A stretch of 64,000 nucleotides of DNA from Glaucostegus cemiculus (lineage: Eukaryota): positions 6,758,001 to 6,822,000 of the forward strand of contig CDPCPM010000029.1 of the NCBI GenBank assembly GCA_976551045.1. The letters run 5' to 3'. Position numbers and translations under genes: made by a program. This document shows positions 38,060-49,740 of the stretch, one piece after another (positions within the stretch are counted from its first letter, which is position 1; each line of letters starts with the position of its first letter). The notes beneath the pieces are model-generated. The model ran no database searches. It had not been told where the DNA came from and saw only the letters and a list, made by a program, of their open reading frames with translations.

Positions 38060-38470
38060 TTTTCTTGTAACACATATGAAAGGTAATCAAAAAGGCTAAT
38101 GGAATAGAAGATTTTACCTCAAGTGGCTTGAAATGCAAAAGAGAAGCAGAAATGGTTCAGTGTACATTGCTTTAGACTGACATTGGCGGGAACACAGGGT
38201 TCACTTTTGTGCGGTGAGCCTCAGAAGGCTCAAAGGGAGATAATACAGTGGAGGAAGATGGTAGGGGTTGTAGATGTAAGGTTCAGTACTGCTTCAGTAT
38301 AATGCTGCCAAGCCTTAAACAGGTCAATTATCAAGACCAATTGCATGACATGGTTTATAATCCCTTGAGCTTTCAAGTTTGAGCTGTGAGCAAGAGTTTA
38401 AACCAATAAGGAGATTTGACAGGTTTGTTACAGAGGAACTGCTTTGCTTGTTACAGCAAGTTAGTGCAAT
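38060..38470 (+). mobile_element. Very old CR1 RT C-terminal fragment
   Basis: KVIKKANG remnant and downstream similarity to the CR1 3' region. Confidence 0.5.
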
Positions 38471-38636
38471 CTTAAAATTAAAGCTAGACCATTTAGAAGT
38501 GAAAAGAATCATTTTTCACTCGTTAATTCTTCCTGAAGATAGGTAAGATGCTTTTTAATGCAAGCTATATATTTCTGCATCACTGTCATAAGCACCAAAT
38601 AGATAGAATTGTGTTCCTTCCTGCTCTTCCCCTGTA

Positions 38637-40195
38637 TTAGAACATAGAACAGTACAGCACAGAACAGGCCCTTCGGCCCACAATGTTGTGCTGACATAGA
38701 TATTCCCTCCTACCTACAGAATGCCCATATCCCTCTATTTTCATCTCATTTATGTGCCCATCCAAGCCCCTCTTAAATGCCCCCAGTGAATTTGCCTCCA
38801 CCCCCTGATCAGGCAACGCATTCCAGGCATCCACCACTCCCTCAGTAAAAAGCTACCTCTCATGTCTGTTCTGAACCTATCCCCTCTCTCCTTAAATGCA
38901 TGCCCTCTGGAAATGGATCACTCAATAATGGGAAAAAGATATTGCTTGTCCACCCTATCTATGCCCATCATAATTTTATACTTCCAACAGATCACCCCTC
39001 AGCGTCCTTCACTCCAGAGAAAAGAACCCAAATCTGTCCAGCCTCTCCTGATAGCATATGCCTCTAATCCAGGCAGCATCCTGGTAAACCTCCTCTGCAC
39101 CTTCTCTAAAGCCTCAACATCTTTTCTAAAGTGAGGTGACCAGAACTGCACGCAATAATCTAAATGCAGCCTAACCAGAGTTCTATAGAGATGCATCATA
39201 ACTTTTTGACTCCTGTACCCCAGGGTCTCTCTGCTCTTCAACACTGTTAGGGGTCTTGCCCTTAAGAGTGTACTGCCTCTTGACATTAATCCTATCAAGA
39301 TGCAAAACTTCACATTTATCTGGGTTAAACTCCACCTGCCATTTCTCTGCCCACATCTGATCTATATCACTCTGTATCCATTGCCAGTCTTCTACACTAT
39401 TCATAACTCCACCAATCTTGGTATTGTCTGCAAACTTACTAACCCATCCATCAACATACTCATCCAGATCATTTATGTGCATCAGAAACAGCAGAGGTCC
39501 CACACAGATCCCTGTGGGACACCACTACTCACAGGCCTCCAGCCTGAATAAGTCCCTTCAACAACCACCCTTTGTCTTCTACCTGCAAACCAGCTCTGGA
39601 TCCACACAGCCAATTCTCCACTGACCCCATGCATCCGAACTTTTTTGATTAAGCGATTACATGGGACCTTGTCAAATGCCTCACTGAGGTCCATATAGAT
39701 GACATGCACAGCTCTACTTTCATCAGTCTCTCTTGTCACCCTGTCAAAAAACTTAACCAGGTTAGTAAAACACGATTTGTCCTACACAAAGCCATGCTGC
39801 ATTTTCCATAATGAAGCCATTGGATTCCAGATGCTCATATATCCTACCTCCAAGAATTTTCTCCAGTAATTTCCCTGCAACTGACATGAGACTCACCAGT
39901 CTATAGTTCCCCGGATTTTCCCTTGTTCCTTTCTTGAATGGAGGAACAATATTAGCCTCTCGCCAGTCCTCTGGGACCTCACCCGTGGTCAAAGAGGACA
40001 CAAAGATATTGATCAAGGCCCCAGCAATTTCAGTTCTTGCCTCCTTCAGTAACCTGAGGTATATCCCATCGGGCCCTGGGAACTTATCCACGTTAATACT
40101 GTTTAGGAGACCTAACACTACCTCCTCCTTGACCTCTAAATGACCTAACATGTTTCTGCCCTCAATTCCAATTTCTGTGTCCTGCATGTCTCTAA
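38637..40195 (-). mobile_element. CR1 LINE, 5'-truncated RT region, frameshifted
   Basis: PGPDGI, VPEDWR, PGNYRLVSL, YMDLSEAFDKVP, GVPQGS, KFADNTK, YCVQFWSP; (GTTCTAT)n tail. Confidence 0.97.
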
Positions 40196-40456
40196 CACCA
40201 TTTCCCTTCTGTTCACCTTCCTCTACTTCCTCTGTTTATGTTGGATGTCCAGATAGGAGGTAAAATTGGGAGAAGTGCATAGATGTGCACTGATTAACCT
40301 GATGAATGCACTACCTCATCCAAATCATCTTGTGGGGGTAAAGCACACTATCGTCCTAACACGTCAAAGGAATACCTGTTTGAATGTTGAGGACAGTGGT
40401 TGCTGTGGACATCTCTGCAACAAGAGTGATTAAGTTGCATATTTAATATTTAATTA

Positions 40457-40752
40457 GGGCAGGCACAGTAGTGTAGTGGTTGGTGTAATGCTATTACAGT
40501 GCCAGTGACCCTGGTTCAATTCTAGCTGCTGTCTGTAAGGAGTTTGTACGTTCTCCCCGTGTCTGCGTGGGTTTCCTCCAGGTGCTCTGGTTTCCTCCCA
40601 TGTCCTAAAGACGTATGGATTAGGAAGTTGTGGACATGCTATGTTGGTGCCAGAAGCGTGGCAACACTTGTGGGCTGCCCCCAGAACACACTGTGCAAAG
40701 GATGTATTTCACTGTGTGTTTTGATGTACATGTGAGTAATAAAGATATCTTA
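40457..40752 (+). mobile_element. V-SINE with a Rex1-like 3' tail
   Basis: tRNA-like head, B-box GGTTCAATTC, V-domain TCTGTAAGGAGTTTGTACGTTCTCCCCGTGTCTGCGTGGGTTTCCTCC, tail TTTCACTGTGTGTTTTGATGTACATGTGAGTAATAAAG. Confidence 0.92.
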
Positions 40753-40834
40753 TAAAGACTAACCTCTCTTATGTCAGGCATTGGATAATCCAACATCCTC
40801 AGCCTATTAAAAAGGAGACAAATGCGATAAAGTT

Positions 40835-40925
40835 CTGCACGCACAGATGCTGTTTGATCCGTTGAGTTTCTCCAGCAAATTGTACTTTTGCTCCAGATTC
40901 CAACATTTGTAGCCACTTGTGTCCC
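40835..40925 (+). repeat. Short interspersed repeat fragment (MER6-like or Penelope-terminal-like)
   Basis: ACAGATGCTGTTTGATCCGTTGAGTTTCTCCAGCA...CCAGATTCCAACATTTGTAG. A degenerate relative lies near 5335-5460. Family name from recall only. Confidence 0.5.
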
Positions 40926-42677
40926 CTTGATCAATGGAATATTGCCATTAGGATTTTGATGCATGCATATTTATGGACATAACAGTGACTACACTTTAAA
41001 AACCTTTCTTCAACTGTTATGCCCTTTAGGATGTTCTGTGTCCATGAAACTTCCATTCTTTCAAAATTTTGGAAAGTCAGGGGTGTCAGATACATGAAAA
41101 AAAATTGCATAAGGGAGCCTTCCTAATTTTCTGCCACTTATGCAAGCTGAAGGTAAACCAGGGAAACTAATTTACAAATATGCTCTTCAGCTCATTCAAT
41201 TTTTGGATCATCACCACTTCCAGATCACTTGCTGTGCCTGAGCAGCCCCAGAAAAATCTGCTCCTTGTGCTCCAGACTCTCTCTGTGACAACTAAGAGCA
41301 ATAGGTACCATCCGTCCAGGAAACAAGATTATCACACTGATAGTCCTGGTGAATCTATGCAGTTAATCAGAAGAGGACAAATCACTGATGGAAGGAGAAC
41401 ATAAATATCATCAGAAATCTAGACAAATGCCAATAAGAAATGAATGCAGTGGGAACATTTCTGGCTCTATTCTAGTGATATTCTAGGAAAAGTGAGAATG
41501 TGGTTTATATTCCTGTAGGAAAGAATAATGATGCATTGAATATTCACCGTGAATATTTACAAAAAGCAAGAGTGCTAAAGGAATCCCAGTGAGGTGGAAG
41601 CAGGATAAGCACTTGCAACAAAAATCCTGACTTCAGGGCATATTCTTATGAGAAATTACAGAACCGTGCTGCATTGCTACGTAATAAAACTACTACATCC
41701 TGTGGGAAATGATCGCATTACAGAAAGTCTGCCTCAGAGCATAAGTATCATGTTGTATCGCTTTCAGAAAACCTGTGAGAAATAAAACCATCGTAGGCAC
41801 TTGCTGAGAAAAATGACAGCATTGTACACAACTCCTGTGAGAAAATAGACCATGGAGGGGAAGAGCATGGAGAAATAATGTCATTAGTTGTGATAGCTAA
41901 AGTTGACAAAAGCTAAAATACCAGTCCCCAGTTCTGACAAGTGAGTCATCCAAAGCTACCTAGAGAACATGGGGAAATTGCCTTGACTGTCAGAGATTGT
42001 AGTGCATATGTCAAGAGAGACATCTTGTCCTTTTGTGGCAGTGCACTGTATCTTTTGAAGAATTGAAATCAACTTAAAATGACTTGAAAATTGTAGTGCT
42101 CGGGGAAGCCATGAAAATATTTGGAGAAATTTTTGTGGAAAAGTTAAATATGCTGAAAATATACATGAAGCAATTATTTAATGGTGTTTTGTGCAATGTC
42201 CTCTTCCTGTGAGAAACAGGGTAATTGCAAGTAATGCCAGAATTAAACAGGCATGACCCTGCTGGAGATTACAGTGGGACTTGGCATAAAATTTGACATG
42301 TTTAAGGCTGCTTTTTGGGCAATCTGAATGCCCTCATATTTCCAAATTGGTGTCTGGGATTCATGCATAAAATTGTGGGTGGATTAACCAGATGGGGATA
42401 TCAATGTGCCAACTATGAAAGCTTGGTGGAAATGTAGGTAGAATGCTGCATGAAATATGGCCAGGGACCTGGCAAGGGGAGGCCAAGAAGGGTTCATATT
42501 GGTTTACTGTTCCATTTGAAGCCACTTTGGAGATCGTTGCTCTAGCCACTGTTCTCTCTGAGCCTCCCTCAGTTGAAAAGATGCATATTTTTAATTAGGA
42601 GTGATTCCATTTGCCTGTTATTCTTTTTCCAATGCGAATTCAATAGCCAGAATCAAAAATCATAAAGCATTAGTCTG

Positions 42678-42714
42678 GTGTGTGTGTGTGTGGGGGTGTG
42701 TGTGTGTGTGTGTG
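42678..42714. repeat. Interrupted (TG)n microsatellite
   Basis: Seen directly in the sequence. Confidence 0.95.
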
Positions 42715-42839
42715 GGGTGGGTAGCATACACTACAGCCTTATCCACAATCCACACTACTGTGTGTCACCACAAAAAAAACACGCAATGGCTTGTAGTAGG
42801 GTCAGACACACTAACTCATAGATCAGTGAAAATACCATT

Positions 42840-43505
42840 TCAGAATCAGAATCAGTTTTTATTGTCACTTCCATATACACATTCAGCTTGCATGGGAGCG
42901 AAATACCATACTCCACAGATCAAGGTGCTCGTCACATTAAAAAAAACAATGAGAGACGCAAAGACAGAAAGACATTGGACATTGGAACCACAAAATTAAA
43001 TAGCGACTCGAATAAACAATTTTAGAGTGAGCATACTGAGGGAGCAGACAACGGACATTTAAAGTGGTGGTGCATTTTTGTACGCCTAGCATCCTTTGGT
43101 GTTGGCGGGAGGGATGCAGGGATGAGGGAGCTCATGGTTCTGATAGTTTGTGGGAAAAAGCTGTTGAACAGTTTGGTAGTCCTTGCCCGGATGCACTAGA
43201 GCCTTCTTCCGGATGGCAGGAGTGTAAAGAGGTGGTAGGAGGGGTGAGAAGGGTCCGACATTATGTTTGTGGCCTTTCTGACACATCAGTCCATATATAT
43301 ATCTGCAATAGAGGGTAGAGAGACACCTGTAATCTCTGCTGCTCTCACTATTCTCTGCAGGGACTTTCATCCAGCAGCTGAACAGCTCCCATACCAGATG
43401 GTGATGCAGTGTGTCAGGATACTCTCAATGGTCCCTCTATAAAAAAGTTTTCATAATAGAAGGATGGGAGTTCACTTGCCTCAATCTCCGCAGAAAGTAG
43501 AGGAA
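42840..43505 (-). mobile_element. Rex1/Babar LINE 3' fragment, same subfamily as 36527
   Basis: Reversed (GATTCT)n tail; 3' UTR shared with 36527-36820; reversed YFLRRLR and ESILTHCITIWYG. Confidence 0.92.
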
Positions 43506-44364
43506 GTAAACCTTTCTTGTTTACCTACCAAAGTTCATTACAATTTTGAACCTATTTTTGTTCTAGTTTCTCCTTATAACTAAAACCTCCAATTATTTGT
43601 TTTTATCAGTTATCTCTTCTGCATTCTCTCCACTGAATAATTTACATACATTTTTACACTACCTCTCTGTTCTCTCATTCTTCTACTTACAAAACTTAAC
43701 ATCCCATGTGGTTTGAAATAGCTTTATCAATTAGTGCCCTCAGACTAAAAGTTTTTGAAAACTCAGTCAGCCTAGAAATTCCCTTTCGTAGTGTTGCCTC
43801 CATCAGCTCTTTAAGGAGAATTGGCTGGACAGAAAATGAGTTTGGGACTTCTGGTTGTAATGCATGCATGTGGACAACACCCATCTGATATGTGGAATGT
43901 CCACGGAGTGATGTTAATCATTGTTCAATATTTATTGTTGAGAAAAATAGGTCACATTTTCACACTTTAGGCAAATCAATGGTCAAACACCACAGAAGCA
44001 CGTTTTCACAGCATGTCATTCTGTTATATATTGCAAATTAAAGGACCACTCACACAATTTACAACTGCTGCAGAAATCGACAGCTGATTCTGACCACAAT
44101 GACATTTGGTGAGGTCCACAATCATTTCCAAATTTGCACCTTTACAATGGTTGCTTCACTGGTGGACCTGCTGAGGCTGTTGCATGAGCTGGCACTTCAG
44201 GACAGGGGTGAAACACAGAGCAGATATGTCCAGGGACCCAAAGAAGGAGGACAAAAGGAAAGTGGACAGAAATGAAAAGGTTTCCTTTCTGTTGATTCTG
44301 CCCTCCTAGACTATAGAAGGAGCTGCATCCCTGTCTCTAGTTTTCCAAATAACAAGGTACCTAG

Positions 44365-44975
44365 GAGGTGATAAAGATCTGTGATCTCTTGTGGGCACAG
44401 CTCCAAGCATACGTCTTCAACTGGATTATATTGTGCATGGAGGTCAAGGTCACTGCCACTCATAACTTGCTGACTTCAGAGTCATTTCAGCTGCAGGTGA
44501 ATGAATTAAAATGAAGCCAATTTGCTGCTCATTACACCGTTAGGAAGGTTGCCGAAGTCTCCACTCAAGGAGAGGAAAATTTCCTTCAGCAGACACCAAA
44601 AGGCCAAGGAAGTGCATGGATCTCACTTAACTAGTGCTTAAGCATAAGAAAAAAAATCATAGTTGATGTTATGTTTCTGGATTGCTCATTTATTCTCAGG
44701 TTTCCAACATTGTTTACAATGCTTCAGGCAGCACCCTGCTCTGAGGGCTGAATATTGGGGGAATGAAGCCTAATTTATTCATCCCTGGAGTCTTCTGAAA
44801 ACAATGAAGGCCAGGGGACCACCAGGGGCCTAATGGAGACTATTATCAGGTGCTTCACGATGTGTTGCTGCACTTCAGCGAATCTTTCAGTACTCACCCA
44901 AGAAAGTTTCCTATTTCAGTGATGTCTATTGATGTCTATTGTCTGCTGCACAGCCTAGCTCTGGGAAGGGCTCAA
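44365..44975 (+). pseudogene. PIF/Harbinger (HARBI1-like) transposase fossil 2, spanning most of the core with deletions
   Basis: Manual translation across stops and frameshifts: ICDLLWAQLQ...EVKVTATHNLLTSESFQ..*SQFAAHYTVRKV; SFILR...EG*ILGE; TTRGLMETII; QYSPKKVS; VYCLLHSLALGR. Follows the order of Harbinger DDE motifs (KVT.ALNF..SGSFQ, GWLLGD, TR...E, LQYSP, CC.LHN). Confidence 0.8.
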
Positions 44976-45035
44976 TGTCTGCTTTGTCATGTGATAGGAG
45001 TGTCATCCCGAAATTAAGTTTTCCCTCCTGTCCGC

Positions 45036-45529
45036 TGTAAAGTAACACAGTACCACGAGCTCGATTCGATAAAACACGTTTATTAGCAGTGAACCGCTAA
45101 GGAGAAGCCTCTTCAGCACTCATTAAGAGTCACTTCCCGAGTTCTCTCCATACAAAGGAGTAGACAGAGATTTATACAGGTATTGTCATGCACACGTAAT
45201 GCATGTGGCGCCACGAGTTTCAGTGAAACCATAGAGATCCCGAGACAGACATCGCACCTTTTTTCTAGTATAATTGAGTTATAATCAAGAAATTCAAAGG
45301 CAGGTATCACCCCTCATTGTTTAGACCAAGCTTCCACCTCGAAGTTTATTGCATCTGGTATCACTAGTCTAACAGATCAGGATAGACCAATACCTGGAAC
45401 AAAGTATTTAACATCCCATCTACTGAGTCAGCAGCCTGCTTGCTCTTGGTTGAGAGGTATTTTTTCTGTCAGCTATAGGTATGGTTGCAATTCTTAACCC
45501 TTTACTTCCTCAGGAGCAGCTTATATCCA
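45036..45529 (-). mobile_element. Solo LTR (494 bp)
   Basis: TGTAA...TCCA termini; perfect 5-bp TSD TCCGC (45031-45035, 45530-45534). On the minus strand TATAAA (about 45176-45171) precedes AATAAA (about 45083-45078). CpGs retained. Confidence 0.88.
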
Positions 45530-47519
45530 TCCGCTAATCTGATGTATCTGTGAAGAGAGACTTTGTGGTAACCAGTCTGATGCAGAGCTGGTGTCAGGAT
45601 CCTTAGGGAACAGCAATATCAGCAGGGCAAATACTGAGGGCTTTGAAACACCCATCTATCTTTGCAGATAATCTTGTAAATGCAGGTCATCAAAGGAAAT
45701 TTCAGGCCATCTGCTCCATGATATGTCAAAAGCTTGAAGAGGAGACCAACTGAGAATATATTAATTCCAGTGAACCATCTCACATGGAACTTAAGGTACC
45801 ATTAACATTCAACTCACTAACTGAACATCTCAGGATGGACAGGGATTCTCTATAATGGTGCTTCAGACTGTAGGAATAAAGGATTCTTTCCAAACCACCC
45901 AAGAGCTTGCATTAGTTATGTTTGCACACCCATGATGACAATGGCTTCATCTTTCAATACTGATTCCAGATTTTCACTGAATTCTGCACAAGGGTAAGGC
46001 TCAAGGGAGAAACATTCTCTCTTTAAAGTTTTACACTACTGAATGTAATAACCATTAATGTTAAAGGGTTTTGTTTTCTGCACTGTTTCTTCTTTTGTAC
46101 ATAGTTTTTATAATGAATAAAGTCTATTTTTGAAATTAAGAAGAAAGAATCCTGTCATAACACTTGCAGCAGAATTGAGGCTCGGTGCAGAACATCCTGG
46201 AACAGCTGAAGCTCTTACATGATTTAATGCTAGAAAATGACAGCTGCTGTCCTAAATTTAAACTCTAATTGTCAGGACCAATACTACTTTACATATAGCA
46301 TTGTTATGGTTTTAGACTAGCATTGCAGTCTAGGCTACATCCAGGCTGCACTGCATGAATAGGTATGGGTTAATGATGCTGGGCTGGATTAGCAATCCTA
46401 TTCAGGAGTGAAACTTTAGGCATGAAACTATTCCTTTTTCAGTTTTATCATTTAATGAGTTCCACATGCCTTACTTTTGCCACTACTGAATTCACATTCT
46501 TCCAAAATTTTTCCACAATTTTAACTGAGCTGCTTAAGTACTACTAACAGCAGTTTTTTTGATGCTACTTATTTCTCACGTTGTCTGTACCTATATCCAG
46601 ATTCTTCCATTCTGAAACTGACAATGATCCTAAGATTGACTCTTGTAAAAATTATAATTTATATTTCAATGTTGGTTTGTTTGCCATTTTATTTTTCCAA
46701 TCATCAGTGCAGTTTATATTGAAACATATTCTAGTCAAAAATTATGTTAAATATTTAAACATTTTAGAAATAATACAGTGAATTATATAAGTTAGCAACA
46801 CAGATCTAGAAAGACAACATTGGAGCTGAGGTTTGCAAAATATGATGTAAATGCAAATAAGTTGTCTGAAGAAAATCTTCTGTAGCTCCAAATTTGCTAA
46901 GGCCTCAGGAAAGAAACAAAAATACTTCATGAATACAATTCAGCATTTTTATGGTAAACTTGAGAAGAACAAAGAACATTTGCTTAGCATAGGTCAAGAT
47001 TAGTGGTCCAATAATACAACCTTCAATGCCTGCTGAGCATTGGCTCAGAGCCCAGGCAATCACTCACATGTACAGGGCCGCCTGATGGAATATGACCTGG
47101 TAGTGCCTCAGGAATTTGGAATATGCATTGACTTGTGTTCTAGTCTCATTAAAGCTCTCCTTGATATGCAAAATAACCTGATCTCCATAATGTAATTCAT
47201 ATACCTGAAAAACAAGTAAACACTCAAATAAACTATACAGTACAAAGAAACTTTCTTCCTTTTAAATGGGGATCACCCATCAGAAAGTGTTTCAGGATAT
47301 TCTAAGATCATAAAAGATATTCTGTGAGTGCATGTTATTTTGTTCTGGTCTTTGCTTCTGATGTTATGTTAATAGGTCACTGTGCATCTGCCTTCAAGTT
47401 ACATTGCTGTTTTTGGATAAGGGAATGCAGAAAGTTTCCAGGAACAAGGCCACTTCAGAATCTATGGTGACACTTTAGTGCAGGAGCAAGGAAATTGTTT
47501 GTCTGCTGTTTCCTCTCTT

Positions 47520-47660
47520 CAGCTGAAGGTGGCAGTGTTGCAGGAGCTGCATTTTGACCTTGATGTTAAACATGAGTCTTGTCTATCATCTCGGGTGAAT
47601 GTAAAACATCCAATAGTGCTGTATGAAGAGGGTAAGGGAATTTCAAGTAATCAGTAAAAG
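47520..47660 (+). mobile_element. Deu-domain SINE core remnant
   Basis: GGAGCTGCATTTTG...GATGTTAAAC...CTCGGGTGAATGTAAAACATCC...GAAGAG resembles the core at 2535-2630. Confidence 0.55.
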
Positions 47661-48331
47661 GTCCTAAGAGTTTGTCTGCTTAGACCAGAGTTCTTTTATG
47701 TACCTTGGGATGCCATTTGTGTTTAATTTTGATCATTGCTTCATTATAACATGCCTCACACTTGGCATCATTCAAGTAGTAGACACGTCTCTGCAGTAAA
47801 CAGAAGAGGCAGCAACGAGATCAATCCTTATGTTTCAATCATTTGATACCAGTCTTACCTTGTTGGGTTGCATCAAACCACTTAACAAGCAGTGTGGGCC
47901 ACACAGAGGATATCAAGTCAGAAGAGCATGGAGAAGTACTGACCTTTGCAACCTCGAGGTACCCCTAGTTGGTTGTAGGTTTGTCAGGGATTGACTTGGA
48001 GTTGAGTTCGTTGTGCTTTATATGGCTGAACTTTTGAGGTGCCAAAACTTTGGGTCTCTTTAATGCAGTTAAGGTTATCATATTCTTGCTTAAAAATGTA
48101 TTCTTTACTAGTGAGCCCACTGGATCTTCAGAACGGCACGGGGTCTTCAGCACAGTAAGGATCAGGAAGGCCTTATGGACAGAGGAAGGGGAAGGAGGAA
48201 GGGGAGGATCTATCCCATAAGAATCCTCCAGGAGTAATACCCCCACCCACCATCTCTATTTTTCAGAGGAGAAAACATCCAGAGAATAAAATGTTCAAAA
48301 TAAGTGTTGGTCACTAGCCACCTAGCTAGGC

Positions 48332-48722
48332 CTGACCATTCTATTTATGGAGCAAAAGGTAGTGATAGCCCTGAACCTATTGGCTTCCATGCCATTTCAG
48401 TGGCAGTGGCTGATATCCATTACATCTCGCTGTTTGAGCTCAAACTCTTTCTCCTACAATAGAGAGCTGCATGGCTTGGACTTGGCCAGATTACAAGCTT
48501 TCTGAAGATTCAGGGAGTGATAAATTCCAGACTTGTGGGTTTAAGGATTCCACATGAGAACCCTAGCTATTTATCAAGAGAAAATGTTATCAATCTCCAG
48601 CATTAGTGGTCATATAGAGAGTGTATGACTGCTGCCAAAAGATCTTAATGGACAATGCTTTGCAGTCAGGAAGCTTGCACATTCTTTCATTCTCAGACAG
48701 TCTGCTGTGCCTACCATCTGTC
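48332..48722 (+). pseudogene. PIF/Harbinger (HARBI1-like) transposase fossil 3
   Basis: Manual translation: QKVVIALNLLASMPFQ / AVADIHYIS / QITSFLKIQGVINSRLVGLRIPHENP / FIKRKCYQS / YDCCQKILMDNALQSGS / HSFILRQSAVP. Matches GFP.VQGAIDCTHV..RAP, F.NRKG.HS and PGS.HDAFILRQS (recalled). Confidence 0.82.
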
Positions 48723-49740
48723 ATGTTAGATGGACAGATATTGCTCCAGCATTGTGTTATGGGCATTTCAGAAGTGATATCTGGTCTTGAGCTGACTATC
48801 ACTGTCATTCATTCAGTCACTTGACGGGGAGCCCCAAGAAAACATTAGTGTTTATTGTCGATATCAGTCAAATAAAGAACAAGCACACTACAAACAAAGT
48901 TGCGAGATTATGAAATGGTCTCTTAAGATTGTAGCAACTCCACCAAGCTTAAAGTAGCATTTCCTTACCAGCTAACACACCTACACAAATGTCAAAATTA
49001 CAATGTATTAAATTAACAACATTTCACAATAACATCCTCTATTTTGCCATTAGTGGTGTCATGGAGACCTGCCAGCATAAAGGTCAATGCTTAGAGACCA
49101 CAGCCAAAGAATGTAGCTCACATTTTTGTATCAGGTAGCTTCTGTCTTTCTGATCTGTGTATCAAGTGGTTAATTACCTCATCAGGAAGAAAGACTTGGC
49201 AAATCTGCTCTCTGATCATCAAACTAAGTTTATTTTTCCCTAAAAGGTATGAATATTGTGTTAAGGAACTTTTAGAAGGATTTTATACATAATCTGGGTG
49301 AATTGTCATTACTCTTTAACAGTTCAGTTAAAGAAAAAGTGCTGATTATTTTATTCAGGTCTGCTTGTAAATGAAGGACTTGTTATGGTGCAGAGATCTA
49401 ATTTATTATTTACAGCAGTTATGCCAAATGAAAGATTATGACCAAAGTAACTAACTATACAAGTAATAACTCAGTGGTAACATTAATGACAGATATGATG
49501 ATTATAAGCACCCACAGGAAGATGTTTAAATAGTTGACTTGAATAGAACAACCATTCAGGTAATTAAATATGTTTGCAAATGCTTAACTGAACAGTGAGA
49601 TTACAACCACTTTTCCATGCAAGCTAAACTACGTTATGCTTACAAGCCATCCCTTTCTTTTGATATTTGTTCAGAACAGTAGAATTAGAGCTAGGGCGAA
49701 CCTTTGGTTCAGTGGTAACACGTCTACCTCTGAATCACAA

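Noticed and set aside
41768-41940. Acceptor/donor pair (TTTCAG ... CAA|GTGAGT)
   Set aside because: Stops in all three frames, so not a coding exon.
47930-48246. Possible minus-strand Myb-like partner exon head-to-head with Harbinger fossil 3 (AAG|GTCAGT donor)
   Set aside because: Similarity too weak to support by eye.
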